From NCBI GenBank assembly GCA_051294375.1, contig CM119267.1:10379364-10443363 (forward strand): a stretch of 64,000 nucleotides of DNA. The letters run 5' to 3'. The stretch comes from Paraspadella gotoi (Eukaryota; Animalia; Chaetognatha). Every line of letters starts with the position of its first letter. The stretch's first letter is position 1. This document shows, in pieces, positions 25,611 to 39,490 of this stretch. A program made the translations under genes and the position numbers. The notes beneath the pieces were generated by a model. It saw nothing but the letters and a program-made list of their open reading frames with translations, was not told the origin of the DNA and did no database searches.

Positions 25611-28600
25611 TCTTCCTCTCTCCTCTATCTGATTATAAAATTCTCTCCCTGAGACTTCACCGGCTCACCAAGGGGCTTTCATTCGCTTTCACAAAGATTC
25701 CAAACTCTTTAATATCTCCTTCGCCTCTCGCTCTCACTCTCACATCTTCTCTCTTTTCAACCAATTAATTAATTATAAACCCCGGTGATTCAGCTTGCGC
25801 TCAAAACCGTAGAAATTCATTATTAATTCGATTAGGAAAGAGTTGAAGTTCCGGTATAGATGAGACATCGACCATGAGAGAGAGNNNNNNNNNNNNNNNN
25901 NNNNNNNNNNNNNNNNNNNNNNNNNNNNNNNNNNNNNNNNNNNNNNNNNNNNNNNNNNNNNNNNNNNNNNNNNNNNNNNNNNNNNNNNNNNNNNNNNNNN
26001 NNNNNNNNNNNNNNNNNNNNNNNNNNNNNNNNNNNNNNNNNNNNNNNNNNNNNNNNNNNNNNNNNNNNNNNNNNNNNNNNNNNNNNNNNNNNNNNNNNNN
26101 NNNNNNNNNNNNNNNNNNNNNNNNNNNNNNNNNNNNNNNNNNNNNNNNNNNNNNNNNNNNNNNNNNNNNNNNNNNNNNNNNNNNNNNNNNNNNNNNNNNN
26201 NNNNNNNNNNNNNNNNNNNNNNNNNNNNNNNNNNNNNNNNNNNNNNNNNNNNNNNNNNNNNNNNNNNNNNNNNNNNNNNNNNNNNNNNNNNNNNNNNNNT
26301 CTCTCTCTCACTCCAGCGGTTTCACCATCAAAATTCCGGAAGTAGAGCGGAAACGGAATAAAAAGATCCTCCCTCTCTTATTCCTTCTCTCTCCTTTTAT
26401 TTTCTTTCCTTTCTTTTTCTAGGATTCCACGTGCCCTTTCGAGGCGACGCAGAACGTGGAAGTTCTCTTGTACTGTATTAGCTTTTGCACAATTTTTAAG
26501 GTTCTTTTAAACAGTGATTTCAACGCAGAACGAGACTGACGGACCGACCCAAAAAAAACAAACAAATTAAAGATATAATTAGATATAATTATAAAACGCT
26601 TTCATCAAAAAAAACCAAAACAAATTCAGTCGGAATTCAACGAGTACGACGCAAATCGAATCGTCTCTTCTCTCGGTTCGCAGTCTCTTTTCCTTTTTTT
26701 TTTCTTTTCTTCCAGTTTTCCTCTTATTTTCCCTCCATTTCTTTCCTCTTTCCTCCACTTTCTCCTGCTCCTCTTTCTCACCCTCATCCATGTTACATCA
26801 GCGACTCTCGGATTCATAAACCGGAAAGAGAGAGAGAAAAAAAAAGTGTCGGGGACTAAATCCATTTCCGGTTTTTCGTCGTCGTCTGCAGCCGACGCCA
26901 CAGCCGCCGCGCCGCCGCGTCAGCCGTCACTGGTTCGCTTTTCACCACTCCCGCCTACCCAATTAACTCTTCCACTCAGTCCCTTTTTTTCCCCCTCAAC
27001 ACTCCGAAACTTGAAAACTTGGTTCGCCAACGCTAGTTCCGCCACTGTTCGCTCACCGACACTTTGGCCACTTCCGCCGCTGCCGACGCCAAAACAAGCN
27101 NNNNNNNNNNNNNNNNNNNNNNNNNNNNNNNNNNNNNNNNNNNNNNNNNNNNNNNNNNNNNNNNNNNNNNNNNNNNNNNNNNNNNNNNNNNNNNNNNNNN
27201 NNNNNNNNNNNNNNNNNNNNNNNNNNNNNNNNNNNNNNNNNNNNNNNNNNNNNNNNNNNNNNNNNNNNNNNNNNNNNNNNNNNNNNNNNNNNNNNNNNNN
27301 GGGGGGGGTGAAGCGAAGGAAAAAATAGAAAAAGAATTGAGGAGAAGCCTCTTCATTCTAGAATGTTCCAGAAGGTTCTAGAAGACTTTCCGNNNNNNNN
27401 NNNNNNNNNNNNNNNNNNNNNNNNNNNNNNNNNNNNNNNNNNNNNAAAAAAGATCCAGGAATCGATTAATTAATTTATCGTTCGCTTGATTAATCGTTTA
27501 AAACCAAACTGGAACTTATGATATATCGTTTCGCTAACGATTTTCGCTTTAAACGTCCGGACACAAAAGGGCTTTTTTTTTNNNNNNNNNNNNNNNNNNN
27601 NNNNNNNNNNNNNNNNNNNNNNNNNNNNNNNNNNNNNNNNNNNNNNNNNNNNNNNNNNNNNNNNNNNNNNNNNNNNNNNNNNNNNNNNNNNNNNNNNNNN
27701 NNNNNNNNNNNNNNNNNNNNNNNNNNNNNNNNNNNNNNNNNNNNNNNNNNNNNNNNNNNNNNNNNNNNNNNNNNNNNNNNNNNNNNNNNNNNNNNNNCAA
27801 CGGACAGGCGCGATGGCTCGACGCCGAGATCCGCGAATCCTGAGAATCTCGAGAGATAAAAATCGGACGGCGTCTAATCTCGCCTCTGCCCGGCGACGAG
27901 CGGACGACGAAGACGACGACGAAGACGACGACGATAACAAGAAAACGACGACAGCGATGACGACGACAATGACGGTCAACGACAACTGCAACAAGTAATG
28001 ACAACGATGACGTCTGCTTCCTCAAAAACGAATGAACAGTGCCGATGATGACGACGATATCAAATAAAAACGATGACGACGTCGTTAAAAAGAAACAACG
28101 ACAGCAACGACAACGACGACAACGACGATAACAGTAATGACAGTGACGACGACGACGACGACGGACGACGATGGACTCTCTCACAAACGACACTCCCCTT
28201 AAATTTAAAAGTCAAGCGCCGATGGAAACAAAGACTAAAATCTCGACTAGCGCCGGTCGCTTCGCTCCCGAGGCGGCGCGGTTCTAGACGAGACAACGCG
28301 CGTTCGGCTCGCCGCTTTTTCCCGTGGGACTCGACAACCGTAATCTGTCCGCGTAAATCCATCGCTATCTTCTCGTCTCCTGCCGAAGATAGCGTCTCGC
28401 CCATTTCCGGTCCGCGACAGACATGGCGCCGACGGAATTTCTTCCCGGAAAAGCCGGAACGCCGATTTCCGGCGGNNNNNNNNNNNNNNNNNNNNNNNNN
28501 NNNNNNNNNNNNNNNNNNNNNNNNNNNNNNNNNNNNNNNNNNNNNNNNNNNNNNNNNNNNNNNNNNNNNNNNNNNNNNNNNNNNNNNNNNNNNNNNNNNN

Positions 28601-29591
28601 NNNNNNNNNNNNNNNNNNNNNNNNNNNNNNNNNNNNNNNNNNNNNNNNNNNNNNNNNNNNNNNNNNNNNNNNNNNNNNNNNNNNNNNNNNNNNNNNNNNN
28701 NNNNNNNNNNNNNNNNNNNNNNNNNNNNNNNNNNNNNNNNNNNNNNNNNNNNNNNNNNNNNNNNNNNNNNNNNNNNNNNNNNNNNNNNNNNNNNNNNNNN
28801 NNNNNNNNNNNNNNNNNNNNNNNNNNNNNNNNNNNNNNNNNNNNNNNNNNNNNNNNNNNNNNNNNNNNNNNNNNNNNNNNNNNNNNNNNNNNNNNNNNNN
28901 NNNNNNNNNNNNNNNNNNNNNNNNNNNNNNNNNNNNNNNNNNNNNNNNNNNNNNNNNNNNNNNNNNNNNNNNNNNNNNNNNNNNNNNNNNNNNNNNNNNN
29001 NNNNNNNNNNNNNNNNNNNNNNNNNNNNNNNNNNNNNNNNNNNNNNNNNNNNNNNNNNNNNNNNNNNNNNNNNNNNNNNNNNNNNNNNNNNNNNNNNNNN
29101 NNNNNNNNNNNNNNNNNNNNNNNNNNNNNNNNNNNNNNNNNNNNNNNNNNNNNNNNNNNNNNNNNNNNNNNNNNNNNNNNNNNNNNNNNNNNNNNNNNNN
29201 NNNNNNNNNNNNNNNNNNNNNNNNNNNNNNNNNNNNNNNNNNNNNNNNNNNNNNNNNNNNNNNNNNNNNNNNNNNNNNNNNNNNNNNNNNNNNNNTTCTT
29301 TTCATTCCAGCCTTGTCATTGTCACTCAGTACAATTTGCACAGGTTTCGTTTACAATTCATAAAATATATTGCATATATTCTGTAATTCATAGAAAGTAA
29401 ATAGGTATGAAACACTCGCTTTCCACCGCCATCTAGATCCATTTGACCATCGTTCCATCGTTCCATTCTCACTCGCGATCTACGAAAAGGGAAACCGGAA
29501 GTGGGCGTGGACGGAAGAACGGGCGCGGCCAAATAGACGTCATCGGAAACCAAGTGTTTGATCTGGGAGTTGGAGGAGAGAGAAAAGTAAT

Positions 29592-29628
<37 letters not shown>

Positions 29629-30182
29629 GACGTGACGCCAGGAGAAGCGACGCCGCGGCCAAATAGACGTCATCGGAAAACGAGTGTGTTTGATCTGGGA
29701 GTTGAGGAGAGAGAAAAGTAATTACTCTCTCTCTCCTCTCTCTCTCTACATCTAACTCTCTCTCTCGTGCATCTCTTCTCTCTCTCGTCTGTTCCCTCTC
29801 ACAGCGGGACAGATCGGGCGGACATAATTCACAGAAGAACGGACGAAACGATAGGAAAGAGGCCTTATCTGTCTCTCTCTCTTCTCTCTCTTCTCTCTCT
29901 CTCTCTCTCTCTCCTCTCACCCGGGTCTCGTTCCATCTCTCTCTCGCCTCTCGTCTACTCTCTCTCTCTCTATCCTCTATATCTTGGTCCGATAAGGCAT
30001 TTAGCCCCGTGGGGGGGTGAAAGGGGGCGANNNNNNNNNNNNNNNNNNNNNNNNNATCCTCTTCTCTCATTCTTCTGTCTCTCGTTCTCTTCTCTCTCTC
30101 GTCGACAGCGGGACAGATCGAGGCGGCACATAATTCCAGAAGAAACGGACGAAACGATTAGGAAAGAAGGCTTCTTCATTTG

Positions 30183-30213
<31 letters not shown>

Positions 30214-31400
30214 GGGTCTCGTTCTCTCTCTCTCTCTCGTCTACTCATCTCTCTCTCTACTCTTACTTGCCGATAAGGCATTTAGCCCGTGGGGGGGGTA
30301 AAGGTGGGCAGGCCGGAGGGCGGGCCAATTTCCCCGCTGAGAATAATTAAAAGATACGTGTTTTTTTTTTCTGATGCGAACGAGGTCTATCTTACAAGAA
30401 GAGGGAAGCGGCCACCGAACCGGTCGCCCGATGATTGAAGGGGTAAGTATAATTCCGGATTTTGATCAGCGATTTCCGAATCGAGAATTCCGTTCTCTCT
30501 TACTTTTTTTTAGCTTAAACTGGAGCGAAGGGAAGAGGAAACATCTCTCGCTCGTTTTTTTTTTCATCAGTCGTGATGTAGAGAAATTGGAACCGGGAGC
30601 AGACGGCGACACGATGAACGCGACGATGGCACTGGGTGAAACGGTTGAGTCAGACGTTGGATTTTTCGATTTTAATAACCTGACGTTTTAATTGTCGAGA
30701 TTGTCAGCTCACGCGCTCACAGAATCATTATTAGCATCAAACTCTAACAAACCATCGCCAAAAACAATCGATCGTCATAAATAAACATACAATACAATAC
30801 AGATACAATAATAAATAAAAGTTCGGAGCCAAAAAATGCCGATCGTGGTAAATCGAACAGAACAAGCCAATCGATTCGAAGTGACGGGCGACCGTCCCAA
30901 AAAAAAAATGACTCTGAAGTGCTTCTGCAGCTTGGTTCAAGGAAAATAAAAAAATTTTGTGTTCTTTTGGATACAAGGACTCAGATGCGTGCGACGAGAC
31001 CTTTTTTTTGTTGATTAACGAACGATAATTAAACGAATGAACGTATAACGATAGTTAACGATACTATTTAACGATATTAACGACATATATCGACATTCTC
31101 ATGCCCCGTTGAGGTCCGCCTATACGGAGACAGTCAGACAGTCTCTCTCTCTCTCTCTCCCTTTCGTCTCTCGTGTGTTTGTGTCGCTGTGGTGCTTGCG
31201 TCTGTTGGTGTTTTTGGTGTTATCTCGTCGGTCTCTATACTCTTTCTGTCTTCTCTCGGTGTTTCTCTCGGTTTGTTGATTCTTTAGTGATAAAAATTCT
31301 CCTCTCCTGAGACTTCAACCGCTCGACCAAAGGTGCTTCATCGGCTTTCACAAAGATCCAACTCTTTAATATTTCATCGCTCTCAGCTCTCACTCTCGAC
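20538..31400 (+). repeat. Tandem duplication, ~5.2-kb unit (20538-25757 vs 25758-~31400)
   Basis: Both units start aaccaattaattaattataaaccccggtg and are colinear throughout (e.g. 21010/26310, 22800/28210, 24200/29310). The second copy is gappy. Confidence 0.92.
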
Positions 31401-34400
31401 TGGGTCGTCTCTTCTCGTGCGTTCTCTCTCTCACTGTGCCTCCTGGGTCTCTTCATATACAGTGATTTTTGGTGCTGAAGGGGCAGCTGAATTTTCTTAA
31501 GGGTTTTTGCCCGGAGTTTCCTATCTTAATGCCATAAGAAGAGAGGTGGTATGGAATTTGGAGACGACTGGTGGAGATGGAGGTAAGTGAGGGAAGAAGG
31601 AGGATGGCCGGGATGGAAGTGATGTGAGACATATTTCGTGGAAGTCGGTCGAGAAGATGAGTGTGGAGGCAGGTGTAGATGGTCGATTTGTGAGTGAGAG
31701 GGCGTGGAGTAGGGTATAGGACATAGGGGTAAGTAAAGTTGGAATCGTCGTGGTGGGTTTGGATTGTCCGGAGGAGGAAGCGTTGTCGATCGCTCGTGGC
31801 GGTCTTGGAATAATGGTTTGGCCTGGGGCAGTCTGAAGCGTTTGGACGAACGAGAAAAGAGGGAGTTTCGGTTATTATCAAATGTTTGAACTGGGCCGCT
31901 GGCTGCGGCGGGGCTGAGCGCGGCTGCGCGGCGGCTGGGGTGAGCGGCGGCTGCGCGGCGGCGTGCGTGGTGAATCTCGGTCATAAAACCGCGGACGAAA
32001 AACGCGAAATGAGATTTTTTTTTATTTTAAAAACCAAGTCGAATGAGGACGAAATGAGGATTTTCATGAAAAAATACGCCGTGAAATAGTGGTTAGCGCC
32101 AAAAAAATCTGTTCCGGGAGTTGCAGTTTGATTTTAATTCTATGTTTTTTTACCAATTTCCGACCAAACAAAAATCAAAACCAAAGACGGTAAAATCTTG
32201 TTTCGACTCCAGATAAAAGAAATTGAAAGAAGAACAGACAAACCGGAAAGAAAAAAATCTCGAATTGTTCACAGAAAGAAAAAGGGAAAAAAGGAAAAAA
32301 AAAGGAAAGAAAGCTCATGGAAGAAATGGTCTCGTTTTTTCGGGGGTCAGAACCCGAAAAGGAACGAAATCTGACCCACACTAGAGGTCGCTCGCTTTGG
32401 ACGCGACGTCCTTTTTTTTTTACGCTTTCGTGACGACGTCGATTGCACGGGCGTCTTGGGAGGTGGAGGCGTTGGCGGCGGCGTTCGGCGTTGCCATGAA
32501 ACGGTGGTCCGACGTCCTTAAAATAGAGTAATGTAATCGACTGCTTAAGAAATAAGTTGAGATTTGATGGAATGTTATGTGACATGATGGAACGCCAAGA
32601 GTTGACACATAGCTGGAAGCGTTCGCTGAATCGTTTTTAAGAAACTGGAGCAATAACGATGGGCACTTCTCTCAATGACGTCGAAATCTGCGTAGCATAG
32701 GCGATGATGAACGCCAGATGACTTACATTTGCCGGCAAACGAAGGAAGTTCGATGATTACGTCTTGGCGTCGACATTGAGCCTCCAAAAAAAAAATAACG
32801 CGATATAAAAAACGAATTTCGTCGCTAAGAAAGATCGTAACGTCGAGAAGCGCCTTGGTTTCGTCGCTAAGGAGAGCTAGTCGTGTTGCTAAAGGGGAGC
32901 TCGTCGCGCCGCGAGGGGCGTTCGAGACGTCTCCGAGGGAATTAGGCGTTGCTAAGGGAATTCGTGCGTCTTTGAAGGGTTGAGAAAAGATAAGGAGAAG
33001 ACAAAGAAAATGCTAAGGCATTTTGGGGTTTTATCCTGATTGTAATTACTTAATACTTTAATTCTTTCAAGGACTGAAATATTTCGAAACTTCACTTAAT
33101 GCACTAACCGTGCTTTCAAAATTATTAAAAAGCTAAAAAATAAAGCGCTGCATATTTTATAGAAGGTCGTTGCTTCGAACTCCTCCGGAGAATCGAAAAT
33201 TTTTTTTTTTTAACTTGAACTAATTAAAATTCAAAGAACGTATAAATTAATCGAGTCTCGAAGAATAGCTTTTTTTAAGATGGTTAACAATCTTTAGCAT
33301 GAAGGCGAGGGTCAATTGTTTCCATTTCAATAACAACGCATGTTATATAGAAATTAACATCACGGAAAATTAAATTTTAAACAATTTAAGTTTGCGCAAT
33401 GTTGATCTCATTTTACGAATAACTAATCGATATCACAGGATGCTGATAATTTGTAAATAAATGAAACGGAAAGTTCGATGGCTGTTTGCATCTTAGGCCA
33501 TTAAAAAGGGATCGTAGAAGTCAGAGCCTCGTGCTATATTCTAACTTTCGCCGATTATCCTCGAACTTTTCCGAGGGACGAAGGCGACTTTAATCTTTCG
33601 TCCCAGAGAAGATCTTCCTCCACATTCTTTCCCCTACCCCCCTCCCGGCCCCCACTTTTTTTTTCCCATGTCCTCAGATCTTTCCCTGGCCCCACCTTAC
33701 TTCATTCCACCCCTTTCATTGATAATCTTTCCACAACCCCTTAAAATCATCGTCCACGCGCCCCATTTTTTGATTACACTATCTTTACCTACAACAAGTT
33801 AGTTCCCCGTCACCCTTGTCCCCTCCAAGAACTTTCCCAAAACGAAGAAAAAAAAGAAGAAAAAGAAAAGAAAACCGTCCGGCAGCGGAATAACGTTTAA
33901 GCGGCGCGAAAACCCCCGGGAGGACAAACGTTTAGAATGGCGACCGGGCGCGAAGTCTGATGACGGAGCGTCGTGAGAAACAAATAGAAGGGGGGGTGGG
34001 AGATGCAGGGTTGGGGGGGGAATGAAATAAAAGAGCATCGGAGTGGAGGAAGGATGAAAGATAGAAGTTGCGAGGCGGACGAAAAAAGAAAATAGAGATA
34101 AACAAAGAGAGAGCGGGAAATAGAGAAATAGAAGAGAGAGGGAATTTTATAGTTGGGAGAGGAGAGAAGATGAGAGGGAGAGAGGAAGAAAGGGAAGGAA
34201 AGGAGAGAGGGAGGGAGAGAAGGGGAGGAGAGAGAGGCGGATAGGCTGAGTAAGACGGTTTTGGTAAATGGACTCTAGCTGATACGATGATGGTTAGTAA
34301 AGTATAGTAAAAGAAGGTACGTTAATCAAGAGTGAAGAGGAACAGTTAAGATAATAAGAAATTCTTGACGGATGCTACTGTAGAAAAAGAAAAGAAAAAA

Positions 34401-35459
34401 GCTACGGTGAACATAACTATTTTAAAACACAATAAAATAATTCGGGGTATTTAAGAGGAGAAAAATCCCGCAAATAAAGACGCGAAGAGACAAACGGAGA
34501 GAACAGAAACACATTTCCCGTTTAGTGAAAACAGGAATAAAAAGGAGCGGGGTGTATGGCTGCCAAATTCTTCCTTTCGGAGCGGACAAATAACCAGACG
34601 AGAAAACAGGGGAGAAAGACGCCGAAAGAAAGAAAAGGGAAAATAAAAGAACAGATGGAACAACAACAAAAACCGAAAAAAGGAGGGAGAAAATTTGAAG
34701 CGGACCAGTTTTGAACCGGAAACAGATTTAGCTATATGTAGAGTCGATGAGGATGATGGCGGCGACGTCACGGTGAGTTTCTGGAGATGATTCGCAGATG
34801 ACCCAACAGAAGATTGATTCAAAGAGCGTCTGTGAAAAGTGTGCTGTCTGAGATAAGCCGGAAATTAAAAACAGTTTTTTTATTGTTTTGTTTACTGGAG
34901 CTTATTCTTCCGTTGGAAATTTTAAAGGACCGCCTCAAAATAGTCGGAACGCCTCTGATCGCTCGACGGAAAAGTGGTACAAGTGGCGGATTTACAATTG
35001 TAACATAAAGTGGAGGAACGAAATTTGAAAGAAGTTATAAAGCAAATGTTGGAATGGGGAGAAAAGAAGAAAGAAAGTAAAAAAATTAAAATAAATAGCT
35101 TTAGAAAAGAAAGTCTAAGGAAAAAAGCAGAAGTTTATCCATACTTGTAGCGTACCAATCCGAAAGACTGAAAGGCAGAAAGAATGAAACAAAATTTCAA
35201 GCAAACATAAACAAATATGATGGAGAATCCAAGAAAGAAAAAAGAAAGAAAAAAAGGAAAGAAATAAAAAAAGACTCTGGTATCCCCATGTAAAAGAACT
35301 TATATTGGAGAAGAATGGGGGGAAAAAAAACTTTTTTTAAATTTAAAGCAAGAAAGAAGAACGAGTTAATAAGAACGTAGTACTGCTGGAAAATTCAAAG
35401 AAAGCAAGGAAGGAAGGAGATGGAAGAGAGAGTGAGAAAGAAAAGAGCCACAAGGGGGA

Positions 35460-35490
<31 letters not shown>

Positions 35491-37493
35491 GCGTAGTGGG
35501 AGGGGAGATGAAAAGAGATTTGGAGAGGAAGATAAAGGTTTGAAAAATCTCGAGAAATTCGATTAAACTTTAAAGCGATGACGGCGGGAACGAAGACCGA
35601 AGGCAGATGAAAAACTTTTGTGTGTGGTTGTGTTTGTGGTGTGTGCCTGTGTGTTCACAATCACGATTTTAAAAGAAAATTGAGCACTTATTATTTTTTT
35701 TTTAAGTAGCAAAAAATGGCCATCTTTCTTTTCCGCCCCGTTTAAACTTCCTTTTCAAGTGAGAGACGAAGTTGAGAAGGATATATTATTCGATCGGTGA
35801 GTGGGGGCGGCAGGCAGAGACCTTTTTTTATTTTAATTTAGGTTTCCCAGCAAGGGTTTTAAAAAAAGGGAACTTTTTATTTATTTTTACTTTCTTTTTT
35901 TCCTTAAGAAAATAAATAAAAATTTGGCGGGGCAGTTCGGATCGTTTGGAGAGGGCGAAACTTGGGCATTACCGGAACAATGTACGGGCTCGTTCTCCTT
36001 CTCTCAGAATGCCCCGACTTTCGAACAAGAAAAAAAAATAAACTTCAAAAGTCATTGGCCAGTCGCAGGTGCGCCACTCAGACTATCGAGTTATTGCTAC
36101 TTTCGAAAGTTTTTTTCTTCTCTCTCTCTTCTCTCTTTTTTTATCAGCGTGGCGTGATATTTTTGGTTTCGAACACATTATTTTCGTGTTTATCGCTGTA
36201 ATCGACGCGACCGTCTTCTCTTGGGACCCTCCTGCGAGAAAAACAGATTTAAACACCTACGAAAAAGATCCAGCCTGACCACGACCTCTTTCGACTCTAT
36301 CCGTAATAACCAGAGAGAGAGAGAGAGCTGGAGAGAAGAGAGAGAAGGAGGAGAGAGACGAATAGACCCTTTGCTCCCGTAACCCAATTGTTTTGGCCTA
36401 ATCTATGTTTTAAAAGAAAAAAAAAGAACCATTAAAAACGAAAGAGGGGGAAAAAACACTTCATATCATTTCGACAAGTGAGAAAGAGAAGAAGTTGAAT
36501 TTCGAAGAAAAATGAAGGGAAAAAAAATCTAAATTCGAGAGACACGATTTGTCTCCGTTCGTGTTTTTTGTGTTTTTTTTCATTTTATCTTATGTTTTCT
36601 TTTAATTTCGTTGTTATCGGCTTTGGAAAGGGATAACAAATAGGGGATAAAAAAAAAACAACTAGGCTATTTTTAAGAAGAAATTTTGAGAAAAAACATA
36701 GGGGGTAATTTTCGAAAATAAACAGCCGCCAGAGATAACTGCGCGCTCGGAAAGGCGTGGAAGGGCTTCACGACGTCCGTTTTTCGAAAAAAAAAAAAAA
36801 GAAATAGAAACGATAACAAAGTTCGATTACGGGATCGAAAAATCGACGCAGTTTAAATAAATTTAAGGAGAATTAAAATGAAAATGTCGTCATCGTCAAT
36901 CGTACGACAATGACACGAATAGCGTCGAGGGGATTAAACTTGAATTAAAAGCACAAGCCAGTTAATTTGTTAGAAATTTGAAATTTCCCGATTTGTTTTT
37001 TTTTTTTTTTCGGGAATGTTTGTTTCGATTTGTTGTAGCGAAAATTTCGTTTTTCACTGTGAGGAGGCCGAGAGGGCGGGCCAAGTTCCCCAGAGAAATT
37101 AAAGAGAAAGTGTTTTTTTTCTTCTGATGCGAAAACGAGGTCTTATCTACAAAAAGGGAACCGGACCGAAACCGGTCGCCCGATGATTAAGGGGAATTAA
37201 ATCCGGATTTTGATCAGGATTTCGATCGAGAATTCCGATTCTCTCTTCTTTTTTTTGGTTTAAACTGGAGGAAGGGAAGAGGAAACTCTTTCTCTCGTTT
37301 TTTATTTCAGTCGTGATTAGAGACATTGGTACCGGGAGACGACGGCGACGACGATGACGACGACGATGGCACTGTGAAAACGGTTTTGAGTCTAACGTTG
37401 GATTTTCGATTTGATAAACCGACGTTTATGTCAGATTGTCAGCTCACGCGCTCACATCATTATTAGATCAAACTCTACAAACACATCCAAAAA

Positions 37494-37575
37494 CAATACA
37501 ATACAATCCAATCCAATCCAATACAATACAATACAATACAATACAATACAATACAATACAATACAATACAATACA
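37494..37575. repeat. (AATAC)n pentanucleotide microsatellite
   Basis: Direct reading; shorter and degenerate in the copies near 25200 and 30790. Confidence 0.92.
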
Positions 37576-37845
37576 AGTCGGAGCCAAAAATGCCGTCGTG
37601 GTAAATCGAACAGACGAACCAATCGATCGAAGTGACCGACCGTCCAAAAAAAAATGACTCTGAGCTTCTGCACTTGTTCAAGAAAATAAAGAAAATTTTG
37701 TTTTTTGATGACGAAGACTCAGATGCGGCGACGAACCTTTTTTGTGATTAACGACGATATTAACGAAATTAACGATATTAACGATATTAACGATATTAAC
37801 GACGATATCCGATTCTCTCCCTTGAGCCGCCATAGGAGACGTCAG

Positions 37846-37882
<37 letters not shown>

Positions 37883-38383
37883 NNNNNNNNNNNNNNNNNN
37901 NNNNNNNNNNNNNNNNNNNNNNNNNNNNNNNNNNNNNNNNNNNNNNNNNNNNNNNNNNNNNNNNNNNNNNNNNNNNNNNNNNNNNNNNNNAAAATTCTCT
38001 CCCTGAGACTTCACCGGCTCACCCAAAGGGCTTCATCGGCTTTCACAAAGATCCAACTCTTTAATATTCTCTCGCTCTNNNNNNNNNNNNNNNNNNNNNN
38101 NNNNNNNNNNNNNNNNNNNNNNNNNNNNNNNNNNNNNNNNNNNNNNNNNNNNNNNNNNNNNNNNNNNNNNNNNNNNNNNNNNNNNNNNNNNNNNNNNNNN
38201 NNNNNNNNNNNNNNNNNNNNNNNNNNNNNNNNNNNNNNNNNNNNNNNNNNNNNNNNNNNNNNNNNNNNNNNNNNNNNNNNNNNNNNNNNNNNNNNNNNNN
38301 NNNNNNNNNNNNNNNNNNNNNNNNNNNNNNNNNNNNNNNNNNNNNNNNNNNNNNNNNNNNNNNNNNNNNNNNNNNNNNNNNNN

Positions 38384-39490
38384 GATGAGAAGGAGGAAGA
38401 GGAGGAGGCGGGATGGAATGGAATATTTTCTGGAGGGCGAAGAGATGAGAGGAGACAAGATGGTCGAGTGAGAGAGGCGGAGGGTAAGGACATAGGTAAG
38501 TAAATGGAACGCTGTGGTGGGATTTTGGAGCCGGAGAGAGCGTTCGACGTGGCGGCGAAATGGTTGACGCGTCGGAACGTGGACGAAGAGAAAATAGATG
38601 GAGTTCGGTTATTATTCAATGTTTGAACTGGCGCTGGCTGCGGCGGCGGCTGAGCGGCGGCTGCGCGGCGGCTGGGGCTGAGCGGCGGCTGCGCGGCGGC
38701 GTGCGTGGTGAATCTCGGTCATAAAACCGCGGACGAAAAACGGAAATGAGATTTTTTTTTTTTTTTTAAAAACCAAGTCGAATGAGGACGAAAAGAGATT
38801 TTCATGAAAATACGCGTGAAATAGTGGTTAGCGCAAACAAAAAATCGTTCTGGGAGTTGCAGTTGATTTTAATTCTATGTTTTTTACCCAATTTCGCCAA
38901 ACTAAAAAAAACCAAGCAGTAAATCTTATTTTGACTCAGATAAAAGAAATTGAAAGAGACAGACAACCGAAAGGAAAAAAATCGCGAAATTGTCACAAAG
39001 AAAAAGGAAAAAAGGATAAAAAAAAAAAGGAAGAAAGTCTCATGGAAGAAAATGGTCTCGTTTTTTCGGGGTCAGAACCAGGGAACGAATCTGACCCACA
39101 TAGAGGTCGCTCGCTTTGACCGACGCCTTTTTTTTTACGACTTTCGTGGACGACGTCGATTGCACGGGGCGTCTTGGGAGGTGGAGGCGTTGGCGGCGGC
39201 GTCGGCGTTGCCATGACAACGGTGGTCCGACGTCTTAAAAGAGTAATGTATCGACTGCTTAAGAAATAGTTGAGATTTGATGGAATGTTATGTGACATGA
39301 TGGAACCCAAGAGTTGACGACATAGCTGGAGCGTTTCGCTGAATTGTTTTTTAAGAAACTGGAGCAATAACGATGGCAACTTCTCAATGACGTCGAAATC
39401 TGCGTAGCATCGGCGATGATGACGCAGATGACTTACATTTGCCGGCAAACGAAGGAAGTCGATGATTACGTCATTGGCGTCGACATTAGC
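38384..39490 (-). CDS. Probable exons of an unidentified Pro/Ser-rich protein (duplicate at ~31500-32780)
   Basis: ORF 38993..39496 (ANVDANDVIIDFLRLP...EKLPSLLLQFLKKQFSETLQLCRQLLG...TPPPTPPPP) is non-repetitive and open for 167 codons. ORF 38011..38619 continues with a QPPPQPAPVQTLNNN-type sequence. Confidence 0.4.

Noticed and set aside
37750-37805. (ATATTAACG)n short tandem repeat
   Set aside because: An ordinary 9-bp tandem repeat with no evidence of function.
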